This document shows positions 1-10,550 of a stretch of 64,000 nt of DNA, one piece after another. The DNA lies in NCBI GenBank assembly GCA_965216225.1, contig CBDCFF010000024.1:27321-91320 (forward strand). The letters run 5' to 3'. Source of the stretch: Paracoccaceae bacterium (GTDB taxonomy: Bacteria; Pseudomonadota; Alphaproteobacteria; Rhodobacterales; Rhodobacteraceae). The position numbers were made by a program, and so were the translations under genes. A model generated the notes under the pieces. The model did no database searches. It was not told where the DNA came from and saw nothing but the letters and a program-made list of their open reading frames with translations. Positions within the stretch are counted from its first letter, which is position 1, and each line of letters starts with the position of its first letter.

Positions 1-2
1 GT

Positions 3-2317
<2,315 letters not shown>

Positions 2318-2444
2318 CGCTCCGCGACAATCAAAAAACAAACCCCTTGATCGCGGCACAAAAGCCCGGCATCGTCCCAAACGTCGCGACCAAGGATTCT
2401 CATCCCGATTGACGCGCACTTCTCATCTTGATTGTCGCGCTACA

Positions 2445-3112
2445 AAGGTGTCCCACAATGCGGTCTGGCACTTCATGCGCCGCGAGGGGCTGAGCTTCAA
2501 AAAAAAACACTGCTCGCCCTTGAGCGGGCCCGAGCCGATGTGGCCCGCCGGCGAAAGCGCTGGAAGGGGGTCATGCGTCAACTCGATCCGCGCAAGCTGG
2601 TCTTCATTGATGAAACCTGGATCAAGACCAACATGGCTCCGCTGCGCGGCTGGGGACCAAAAGGCAAACGCCTGCACGGCTTTGCGCCCCATGGCCACTG
2701 GAACACCATGACGTTCATTGCTGCCTTGCGCTGCGATCAATTGACGGCGCCCTGTGTCTTTGACGGCCCGATCAACGGGCAGTCCTTCCGTGCCTATATC
2801 GATCAACTGCTTGTCCCTGCACTGAAGCCCGGCGATATCGTCATCATGGACAACCTCGGCTGCCATAAATCGAAAGCCGTGCGCGATGCCATCAAGGCGG
2901 CAGGCGCGCGGGTGTGGTTCCTGCCACCATACTCGCCAGACCTGAACCCGATCGAGCAGACATTCGCCAAGATCAAACACTGGATGCGGATGGCTCGGAA
3001 ACGAACCAGTGAAGAGGCCTGGCGATACGTTGGACGCCTCGTCGGATCAATCACACAACAGGAATGCCAAAACTACCTCGAAAACACAGGCTATGCTTCA
3101 GTCAAAATGTGA
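2445..3112 (+). pseudogene. IS630-family (type b) transposase remnant, 5' end cut off by IS21 copy 1
   Basis: DDE_3-like C-terminal part (VFIDETW...[10 protein letters not shown]...[12 protein letters not shown]). The N-terminal HTH part ([21 protein letters not shown]) is in another frame, with the switch at an A9 run (2499-2507). The gene begins abruptly at the IS21 terminus. Confidence 0.8.
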
Positions 3113-3641
3113 AGGACTCTAGCGATTGGGCGGCCTCTACGAGCGCGGTACGGTAGCGAGCGAAGTCAGAGTTATAGCCGAAAGTTGGTTATGGCGCTGA
3201 TTGGCGGCCTATCATGGCGTTGTTCACGCGCCGCAATTCTCAGCAGAGAAAAGGATATGCCACATGACGAAGTCTACCATCACGCCGTTGCCCGGTCCAT
3301 CGGGATTTTTGTCTGACCCGCTGACCGACATCCTGCAAACCGGCGCGCGCGCCAACTGCTCAAACAGGCGGTGGAAGCGGAATTGGCCACACTCCTCGCC
3401 GCCCATGCCCGCGAGGTGACGGACGACGGCCGTGCGCGGCTGGTGCGCCATGGTCATCTGCCCGAGCGCGAGGTCATGACCGGCATCGGCCCGGTACCAG
3501 TGAAGGTGCCGCGGATGCGGGACCGGGGCAATGTGGACGAAAAGATCCGTTTCGCCTCGTCGATCTTGCCGCCCTGGCTGCGCAAGACCAGATCGATTGA
3601 GGAACTGCTGCCGTGGCTCTATCTCAAGATATCTGTCCTGG

Positions 3642-4632
3642 TCAAGGTTTGATTTTGGACCACTGGCGGTTTTCGCGGATCAAGGTATTTGCGAGGATGA
3701 TGAGCTTGCGCATGATTGCCACAAGATCGACCTTGGCTTTCTTGCCCTTTTGACGCAAAGCCTTGTAGACGCAGGTGAGTTGGGAATTGCAGCGCGCTGC
3801 GACGAGGGCGGGCATGTAGAGCGCCTGGCGAAGCCCGGCTCGTCCGCCTCCGATTTTCGCTCTGGCTGTCCATTTGCCGGACTTGCGCACGAAGGGAGCC
3901 AGGCCCGCAAGCGCGGCGGCCTGCTTGGGCGTCAAGGTTCCGATCTCCGGCATTTCGATGAGTATTGCGACGGCAGGGGATCGACCGCAGGATCTCGAAC
4001 TGTCTGGCAAGCTTTGCATCCTCGCGGATACGCTTCTTCAACTCGGCATCGAGTTGGGCAAGTTGCTTTGCAATCTGGCGCATCCTGGTTTTCAGTTGCG
4101 CCTTGACGAGTGTGTTGCGCGCACCGCAGAGCCGGTTCCGGCAGGCAGTCTGGTCCTTGATGAGAGCGCTCCGGGCGACATGCACCTCCCGCAGATCGTT
4201 CGCCCTCTCGCGTCCATACCTGTTCTCCCATCACTCATCCATACAATCTTCCTCTACACACCATCTCCCATCCTCCATGGGTTCATCGCGCAACGGTGAA
4301 GCCTTCAGGTCAAGCATCGCCCCCATGCGGGCCAGCAGTTCCGCATCGATCCGGTCAGTTTTGGCGGACTGGCCGACCGCTTCGGCGAAGCGGCGGGCGC
4401 GTTTGGGGTTCACCTTGACCATGGCGTGAGCCGTCTTTGAAAGGCGGGCCTCCAGATCGCGATGATAGCGTCCTGTAGGCTCGTAGACGACGCGGCAGCA
4501 CTGCGGGCCGATCCGGTTCTTCAGCGTCTTCAGTCCTGTCCGGTCGTTGGTGAAGCGTTTCGCCTTGCCATCGCTCAGGCGATGGGTGTCGAGATGATCT
4601 TTCGAGATGTCGATGCCGATGGTATCATTCAT
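3642..4632 (-). pseudogene. IS110-family DEDD transposase, disrupted
   Basis: The N-terminal part (MNDTIGIDISKDHLD...) and the C-terminal Transposase_20-like part (EMPEIGTLTPKQAAALAGLAPFVRKSGKW...) are in different frames. A 75-bp insert (4201-4275) adds a stop codon. Confidence 0.85.
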
Positions 4633-4852
4633 GACCTTTTCGTCTCCCGTTCCTGTCATACGAGGCAGGGGTGTTCCCTCCTCCACTATCTGTTCGGGTC
4701 TTTCGAAAGGGCGGGGGTGATCCATCTTGAGAACGGTCCTCAAAGACCAGGGCATCATCGATCCATCCCCCGCCACCCCTCGGGCCGCTGCAGCGGCCCG
4801 AGGGGTGGCATCCGTATCGCACGGATACGAATGCCTGGGAAATCCAATAGAC
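4633..4852 (-). ncRNA. candidate bridge (guide) RNA region in the IS110 5' non-coding end
   Basis: About 220 nt upstream of the transposase ATG holds a perfect 36-bp palindrome (4773-4808). Two short segments (4724-4732 and 4745-4755) flank a GGTC/GACC stem and match the two IS-flank junctions. Confidence 0.45.
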
Positions 4853-5860
4853 AAGGGCATTTCCACGGGCGACTTTCAGGAGGCTCTTGGGGCGCTGTTG
4901 GGGCCGAACGCGGCAGGGCTTTCATCGAGCACCATCTCGCGATTGAAAGCGGACTGGGGGGCGGAGTATGAACGCTGGCAGCGCCGCGATCTCAGTGCCC
5001 GGCGTTTCGTCTATGTCCGGGCTGATGGTGTCTATTTCCAACCGCGCATGGAAGAGCAGAAACAATGCGTTCTGGTGCTGATCGGCGCGGATGAGTGGGG
5101 CCGCAAGGAGGTTCCGGGCCTCACCGAAGCAGGCAGTCGGCTACCGTGAAAGCACGCAGAGTTGGCGCGAGTTGCTGCTCGATCTCAAGCGTCGCGGGCT
5201 GTCCCACGCCCCCGATCCGGCCATTGGCGACGGCGCCTTGGGGTTCTGGGCGGCGCTGCGCGAAGTCTTCGGCAGCACCCGGGAACAACGGTGCTGGGTT
5301 CACAAGACCGGAAACGTTCTCAATGCCATGCCCAAATCGGTGCAGGCCAAAGCCAAGGGCCACCTGCATGATATCTGGCAGGCGGAAACGAAGACCGAAG
5401 CCGGGGCCGCCTTCGATTTCTTCGTGGAAACCTACGGCGCGAAATATGACAAGGCGGTTGGGAAACTGACCAAAGACCGGGCTGTGCTGCTCTCCTTCTA
5501 CGGCTTCCCTGCTGAGCACTGGAAGCACATCCGAACCACGAACCCGATCGAGAGCACCTTCGCCACCGTCCGCCACCGCACCGGCAAAACCAAAGGCTGC
5601 CTGAGCCGCAGGACCGGGTTGGCCATGGCATTCAAGCTGATGATGTCAGCGCAAGGAAAATGGCGAAAGCTCGACGGCGCCAACCGCATGCCAGAGATCA
5701 TTGAAGGGGTTGAGTTCACAGACGGGATCAAGCAAATTCAAAACGCCGCCTGATCACACCATCACCAACTTTCGGGCATAGCTCCATAAACTCCCGGCCA
5801 GCAGTAACCCTGACGCTGTTCTTCGTCATAAGCAAGGAGAAAGAAAAAACCTGCAATCTG

Positions 5861-6313
5861 CTACCTTGCGAGCCGGTACAAGCGACCCGTGTCCTCCTGC
5901 GCCGGAGCTGTGAAGCCGAAACTAATGGTTGCGCCGCCAAACTGTGTTTCGATTTTGGAATCTTCGGAACCAAGCGAAACAGGTTTTCCTGTCCGCCGAC
6001 TGGTTGACTTGCCTTTCCGCTCGGCTTCGCTTGCGAGGTTCACGTCGATCTCCTCAGATAGCCCGGCCGTTTGGATCATTGAAATCGCGGAAATATCGTT
6101 CTCGAGAGAGCTCTTATCCTGATTGCAGCGGTGGCAAGAATTCACGTGCAAATTCCACTGTCCATCATGTGAGCCTTTGGCAACGAACAGTCGCCCGATC
6201 ACGTGTTCCTTTTCCGGCTCACCGTCATTTGAAAATTCAGCGTTGCAGTAAGCACAGCGATTGTTCTTGATCCGGGTGGGTTGGTTGTGCGGAAGGTCGA
6301 CGATCTGAGCCAT
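5861..6313 (-). CDS. HNH endonuclease-domain protein (about 150 aa)
   Basis: CAYCNAEF...EHVIGRLF...NLHVNSCHRCNQDKS is a CxxC...H...N...CxxC HNH/zinc-finger signature. AGGA lies about 11 nt upstream of the ATG at 6313. Confidence 0.75.
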   Translation of the reverse strand: MAQIVDLPHNQPTRIKNNRCAYCNAEFSNDGEPEKEHVIGRLFVAKGSHDGQWNLHVNSCHRCNQDKSSLENDISAISMIQTAGLSEEIDVNLASEAERKGKSTSRRTGKPVSLGSEDSKIETQFGGATISFGFTAPAQEDTGRLYRLAR

Positions 6314-6457
6314 CAATGATAATTCCTGATCGTATTCAATGAGGGGTACGCTCTTACTTCGGACGAATTCTGCAAAGGGCGCTGTCTACACTCAGTGGAC
6401 CTTTGAGGCCGCTCTTTTTACATGTGCGACGAAAGGCAGCTCCGTTGCGCTGACCCG

Positions 6458-6600
6458 CCATTCGCATGTAATCCGGGTTCAATCCGATGATTGCAGGCTG
6501 GATGCAAATAATGTGGGTTCATTCGCAGATAATCCGGGTTTGGCACCCCGGATAGACGCAAAAAATTTGCGCCGGAAAACGCGATGATTGCAAGCCGAAC
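6458..6600. repeat. cluster of short direct and inverted repeats in the HNH / 176-aa spacer
   Basis: CATTCGCAnnTAATCCGGGTT occurs twice, starting at about 6458 and 6520. GATGATTGCA(G/A)GC occurs twice, at about 6486 and 6583. There is an ATCCGGG-n8-CCCGGAT hairpin and a GCAAAAAATTTGC palindrome. Confidence 0.6.
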
Positions 6601-6754
6601 CGATTATGTTTGCAGGTCACAACAACTAAGGCTATATTCCGGTTGTCGCCTATGAACGAGTGAGCTTGATTCGTCAGGCAATACGGTGACCATATCGCTT
6701 CGGCGGTTCTCTGTGAGACGTAAGATGGACTCGTGCACTAATAGACTACGGACG

Positions 6755-6774
6755 TAGGCCCCTTCGGGGCCTAT
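6755..6774. terminator. GC-rich hairpin (TAGGCCCC-TTCG-GGGGCCTA) just past the stop of the 176-aa gene
   Basis: Perfect 8-bp stem with a 4-nt loop, 6 nt from the stop at 6781-6783. A U-rich tail (tattcattta) follows only on the + strand. Confidence 0.55.
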
Positions 6775-6780
6775 ATTCAT

Positions 6781-7311
6781 TTATGCTCGCTTGATTTTCT
6801 GAGACTTTCCTAATGGTAGATGCAGCCCTCTTGCGCGTGCATTGACAACTCTTGGAAATTTCACTGGCGAAGCCCAGCTGGTCATGCCAGGCTTTGGATA
6901 TGCGGAACTCACATCAATCACGACATCAAGATCATCCCGGTTCGATTTATAAGATCGAAAAAACACAACGTAAGGAACAGCCACGCCAAGATCCGAAACC
7001 GTTCGGATGAAGAAAAAGCTCTCCTTCTGAGTGTGGTAAACCGTCTTGTTCTCCAACTCGACAAAATGCTGTGGCAACGCAAGCGAGAGCTGGTGCCGAT
7101 CAATACAGAACGCTCGCCGCTCGCCGCCGAACCGATATTCATCGTCAGCCGAATGCTTTTGATCGTCGAACTTCTCGGTGAAGCAATGGCACGAAAAATT
7201 CACGAGCGTCTGAAAGGTATGCTCCTCAAATGTCACCTCCAACCTCATCGGATCAAGATGAGATAGATCATATGTGACGCCCGCAAGCGTTTTTTCTAAA
7301 AACCGAGCCAT
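6781..7311 (-). CDS. hypothetical protein, 176 aa, no family recognised
   Basis: Clean ORF in the lower-GC islet. It starts 9 nt after the stop of the upstream wHTH gene, which suggests translational coupling. It has a basic C-terminal tail. I recognise no catalytic motif. Confidence 0.6.
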   Translation of the reverse strand: MARFLEKTLAGVTYDLSHLDPMRLEVTFEEHTFQTLVNFSCHCFTEKFDDQKHSADDEYRFGGERRAFCIDRHQLSLALPQHFVELENKTVYHTQKESFFFIRTVSDLGVAVPYVVFFRSYKSNRDDLDVVIDVSSAYPKPGMTSWASPVKFPRVVNARARGLHLPLGKSQKIKRA

Positions 7312-7320
7312 GTTCTTAAT

Positions 7321-7803
7321 TCAATCCTGTGACGTCGGAACGACCCGCAGCTTGGGTTTTCCTTTTTTGGCCGCCTTCGCATCGCGCGCAGCTTCGTTTA
7401 CCTTCCGCTCCTGGATTTTCTCCAAAGCAAACGGAGTAGACTCTGTGATCAACCCCGTGAATTCATACAAGTTAGTCTTGCTACCGAGCCCTGGCACTCG
7501 GCGCTCGATACGGCGGATCAGACCTCCGGCCTCCATACGGGCAATACGACGCTGGATGGTGCGCGGGTCGCGCCCGATCGCATCAGCGATGCGTTTTTTT
7601 CCCGGATGCGGCAAGTCACCAGCTTTCCACCAATAGGATGCCAAGTGCAGGAGGATGTTAACGTCGATAGCATCCAACCCCAACGCCTGTTGGCGTTCAA
7701 AGATGACATTCGGTATCATGGTCCACCCTGCATCCAAGAGTGGTTTGGTCCATTTCTTTTCATTCTCCCGCAGGTGTTTTGCGTTTTCATTTGGCTTAGC
7801 CAT
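7321..7803 (-). CDS. winged-helix/HTH DNA-binding protein (phage or plasmid replisome-organiser/regulator-like N-terminal domain)
   Basis: GWTMIPNVIFERQQALGLDAIDVNILLHLASYWW...RIADAIGRDPRTIQRRIARMEAGGLIRR resembles HTH_36-type domains. AGGAGA lies 5 nt upstream of the ATG. Lys-rich tail. Confidence 0.7.
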   Translation of the reverse strand: MAKPNENAKHLRENEKKWTKPLLDAGWTMIPNVIFERQQALGLDAIDVNILLHLASYWWKAGDLPHPGKKRIADAIGRDPRTIQRRIARMEAGGLIRRIERRVPGLGSKTNLYEFTGLITESTPFALEKIQERKVNEAARDAKAAKKGKPKLRVVPTSQD

Positions 7804-8186
7804 GACAGTCTCCTAATCAGTTGTTGCACTCGATATTGTGTAAGCCAAACAAGAAAGCAAACCGACCCGGGCGACATCAGTGTCTGGGACTTAACTGGAT
7901 ATTGGATATTCACCCATTCGTCTATATGGAATGAGTGTGGTTGGTTGAATGTGCCTTGCAGGGCAGCCACGTCCTCCCACAGGAGGCACAAGTGTCTTGG
8001 ACTGGGGCGACACTTGTGTCGTGCCGGGGCGGCACCTGCGCCCTCCACTAAACCCATAAAATTCAGTTTTGTATCCGCATTTTCTGAGTTTAGTGAATAT
8101 TCCTTTTTTGAAAAACAGAGTCCAGACCCAATTTGGACACACCCACACAATCCTGTGCGAGATGTTTCTGTGGGTGCCCTGCCCTA

Positions 8187-9261
8187 TCTGTTCCATCCCG
8201 GATGATCAGATAGACCCTCGCCGTTCTGGCCTGTTCATGGCAAGATCGATCCTGCGTGAGATTCGGGACGGAGGCAAGACATGCTGATTTCCTTGCACAA
8301 GCAGGCGACGACGACGCCGAAGATCAGGGCCGCAATCCAGGCGAGCAAAGAGCCCGCGTGGATCGTGGCCGAGCGCTACGGCATCTCGGAGCAGACCGTC
8401 TGGACGTGGCGCAAGCGCGATACCGTCCACGACCGGAGCCACACGGCGCACAGGTTGCAGACCACGCTGACACCGGCGCAGGAGGCCGTGGCGGTCTCGC
8501 TGAGACAGACGCTGCTGCTGCCGCTCGACGACCTGCTCGCCGTGGTCCGCGAGTTTCTCAACCCGAACGTCTCGCGCTCCGGGCTGGATCGATGCCTGCG
8601 CCGATGCCTGCGCCGTCATGGGGTCGGCTCCCTCCGTGACCTGAAGCCGAAGGTGGCGAAGCCCGCGCACAAGCCTTTCAAGGCATACGAGCCCGGCTAC
8701 ATCCACATCGACGTGAAATACCTGCCGCAGATGGCCGATGAGGAGAAGCGCCGGTATCCGTTCGTCGCGATCGCCCGCGCCACCCGCTGGGTCTTCGTGC
8801 GCATCCATCCGGCGAAGACTGCGGCCAACGCCCGCCGGTTCCTGCGCGACCTGGAGCGCGCCGCCCCGATGCGGATCACCCGCGTGCTGACGGACAATGG
8901 CAAGGAGTTCACCGACAGGCTCTTCGGCCTTCGCCGCCGCGCCGCGACCGGCAATCATGAGTTCGACCGCCTCTGCGCCGAGTTCGGGATCGAACGTCGC
9001 CTGGCCCCACCGATGCGGCCGCAGACCAACGGCATGGTCGAGCGGTTCAACGGTCGGATTGAGGACGTGCTCCAGAGCCACCGTTTCCGCAGCGGCGAGG
9101 ACCTGGAGCGGACGCTTCTCCGCTACGTCCGCCTCTACAACGGCCAGTTGCCGCAATCCGTTCTGAAAGGCCGCACGCCAATCGATGCGCTCAAGGACTG
9201 GCATCAAGAAAAGCCCGAACTCTTCAGAAAGCAGCCTTACAATCACATGGGATGTGACAGG
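8187..9261 (+). mobile_element. IS481-family element, copy 1 (ends uncertain by about 2 bp)
   Basis: Termini tCTGTTCCATCCCGG... and ...CATGGGATGTGACAGg parallel TGTGTTCCATCCCG.../...GGGATGTGACACA of the copy at 29591-30654. Confidence 0.8.
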
Positions 9262-9300
9262 TTCACGGTTTCGCCGGGTTCGTTCTTTTCCGAGAACTGA
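8281..9300 (+). CDS. IS481-family transposase (rve integrase core); the ORF runs past the IS end into flanking DNA
   Basis: MLISLHKQATTTPKIR..., DDE region HIDVKYL...LTDNGKEF...PQTNGMVERFN. There is no stop codon inside the element. Confidence 0.88.
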   Translation: MLISLHKQATTTPKIRAAIQASKEPAWIVAERYGISEQTVWTWRKRDTVHDRSHTAHRLQTTLTPAQEAVAVSLRQTLLLPLDDLLAVVREFLNPNVSRSGLDRCLRRCLRRHGVGSLRDLKPKVAKPAHKPFKAYEPGYIHIDVKYLPQMADEEKRRYPFVAIARATRWVFVRIHPAKTAANARRFLRDLERAAPMRITRVLTDNGKEFTDRLFGLRRRAATGNHEFDRLCAEFGIERRLAPPMRPQTNGMVERFNGRIEDVLQSHRFRSGEDLERTLLRYVRLYNGQLPQSVLKGRTPIDALKDWHQEKPELFRKQPYNHMGCDRFTVSPGSFFSEN

Positions 9301-10096
9301 GCGTAGTGCTCATCGGCGACCCCGAGATTATGCCCCAAGACATGCCGCTTCTGGATGTTGAGCCGCAGGTGCCCGATTTCTGCCTCTGAGAGGGTGTCGA
9401 AGGGATCAAGGCCGATCTTGCGGAAAAGCTCCCGGCCCCGTTCGACGTTCTGAAAGGCGTTACCAACCGCCTTCTTGCCCGTCAGCTTGTCGGCATCATC
9501 CGGCGCACGGGGGGCGCGCACCAGGTGTGCATGGACGGTCTTCAACGTGGCCTCAAAGGCTGTCAGCCCATCTTCATGGGCATTGCCCATCAGACGATAG
9601 GCAATCTCCCCCCTACTCTGGCCATCCAGCTCTTCGGCCAAGACGATTTGCTCGCCCACCAACTCTATCTCGCGCCGGAAATTCAGCGCCACGTTTGGCG
9701 CGCCGCAGTCGGGGCAGAACAAGGGCATATACACCATAGCCGCGCTGACAAATATCACACTCAAGGCTCCGCAGGAGGTCCTCCCGGATCGCAAGCGGTT
9801 TCGGACGGTGGCGCGGCTTGTGCTCCATTTTCATGGTGATGAAACCCCCTCGTGGTTGACGCCGGTTGAAGTCCTTCGCCCAATCGCCCAGCCAGTTGCT
9901 CACGTCATTTGCGGCCATCCACAGGATGTACTTCTTCACCGCTTCGATATCATCGGCATGGATGAAAGCTTCATCGTCGCCGATGTAGCCCGAGTAAGGG
10001 CAGACCGTTTGACCTGGCCCTGGTTCGCGCCGAATGCGTGGCCGATCTGCATCGGCAATCGAGCGTTTTTCAGGGGCATCTCCGAGCAGGAAAAGA
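9262..10096 (-). pseudogene. zinc-ribbon plus HEPN-like protein, N-terminus removed by IS66, internal frameshift, 3' end hit by IS481
   Basis: Two overlapping frames join near 9725-9735: ...LECDICQRGYGVY / MPLFCPDCGAP, giving CxxC-n12-CxxC. The C-terminal part has IQKRHVLGHNLG, an Rx4H HEPN-type motif, at 9330-9347. Confidence 0.6.
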
Positions 10097-10160
10097 GTGA
10101 GCGTCCGTTGAAGCCGACCTAACGCGGGGGCGGAGGAGCCGATAGTGTCCACCATCGATA

Positions 10161-10550
10161 GTGGACACCATGAGGCACTCTATGGCTGGCAGGCGCAAGA
10201 AGCGAATTTGGTGGGACGACGAGAAGCGTTCGATCTGCCTGCAGACTGCCGCGCCGGGTGTTTCTGTGGCTCAGGTTGCGCGGCGCTACGCGATGAACGC
10301 CAATCTGATCTTCAAATGGCTGAAGGACCCGCGTTTTGCGCCAGATTTCACCGAGGTCGTAGCTGGATCTGTGTTTCTGCCGGTTGAGATTTCTCCGGCT
10401 GCTTCACATCCGGTCCCGGCGCAGCCATCCGGTCCCGTCGCCTTCGGTGGCCGTATCGAGATTGAGTTGGCTGGCGGTCACCGGATCAGCGCCGGGGGTG
10501 GGTTCGATCCTGATGTGCTGGCGCGGCTGCTGAAGGGGCTGATGTCTTGA
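10161..10550 (+). CDS. tnpA: IS66 orf1 (TnpA-like accessory protein)
   Basis: 129 aa, [46 protein letters not shown], typical of IS66 orf1. Overlaps tnpB by 4 nt. Confidence 0.85.
   Translation: MDTMRHSMAGRRKKRIWWDDEKRSICLQTAAPGVSVAQVARRYAMNANLIFKWLKDPRFAPDFTEVVAGSVFLPVEISPAASHPVPAQPSGPVAFGGRIEIELAGGHRISAGGGFDPDVLARLLKGLMS

Larger units (their letters stand above)
3629..4855 (-). mobile_element. IS110-family element, copy A, nested in IS256 copy A (3-bp core aag/ctt ambiguous at the ends)
   Basis: It interrupts ctctatctcaag|ggcatttcc, which is continuous as cttaagggcatttcc in the IS256 copy at about 22935. It has a long structured 5' non-coding end and no inverted repeats, as expected for IS110. 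Confidence 0.85.
3264..5753 (+). pseudogene. IS256-family (mutator-type) transposase, disrupted three times
   Basis: Starts MTKSTITPLP. (GC)5 at 3343-3352 versus (GC)4 in the other copies gives a +2 frameshift. An IS110 is inserted after ...LPWLYLK. An extra 10 bp (agcaggcagt, 5128-5137) is absent from the copy at 20026-20721. Confidence 0.9.
3169..5784 (+). mobile_element. IS256-family element, copy A (degenerate, carries a nested IS110)
   Basis: Ends GAGTTATAGCCGAAAGTTGG (3169-) and ...CCAACTTTCGGGCATAGCTC (-5784) form the IR pair also seen in the other copies. Length 2616 = 1377 + 2 + 10 + 1227, which accounts for all three lesions. Confidence 0.85.

Noticed and set aside
6339-6587. The 82-aa plus-strand ORF in the HNH / 176-aa spacer as a protein-coding gene.
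   Set aside because: There is no RBS, it spans the direct-repeat and hairpin region, and its translation is unremarkable. The region is better explained as regulatory or RNA sequence, so it is reported as a finding rather than a CDS.
7606-8205. ORFs 7606-8205 (+), 7716-8150 (-) and 7891-8196 (-) upstream of the wHTH gene.
   Set aside because: They overlap each other, the wHTH gene start and its promoter region, and they lack start-site signals. They are most likely chance ORFs in an AT-richer intergenic region.
10141-10170. GTGTCCAC/GTGGACAC motifs as DnaA boxes or an origin.
   Set aside because: They form the conserved palindromic region just inside the IS66 left end (also at 35822-35855, with an analogous one at 20806-20838). 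They are part of the IS regulatory region rather than chromosomal origin elements.
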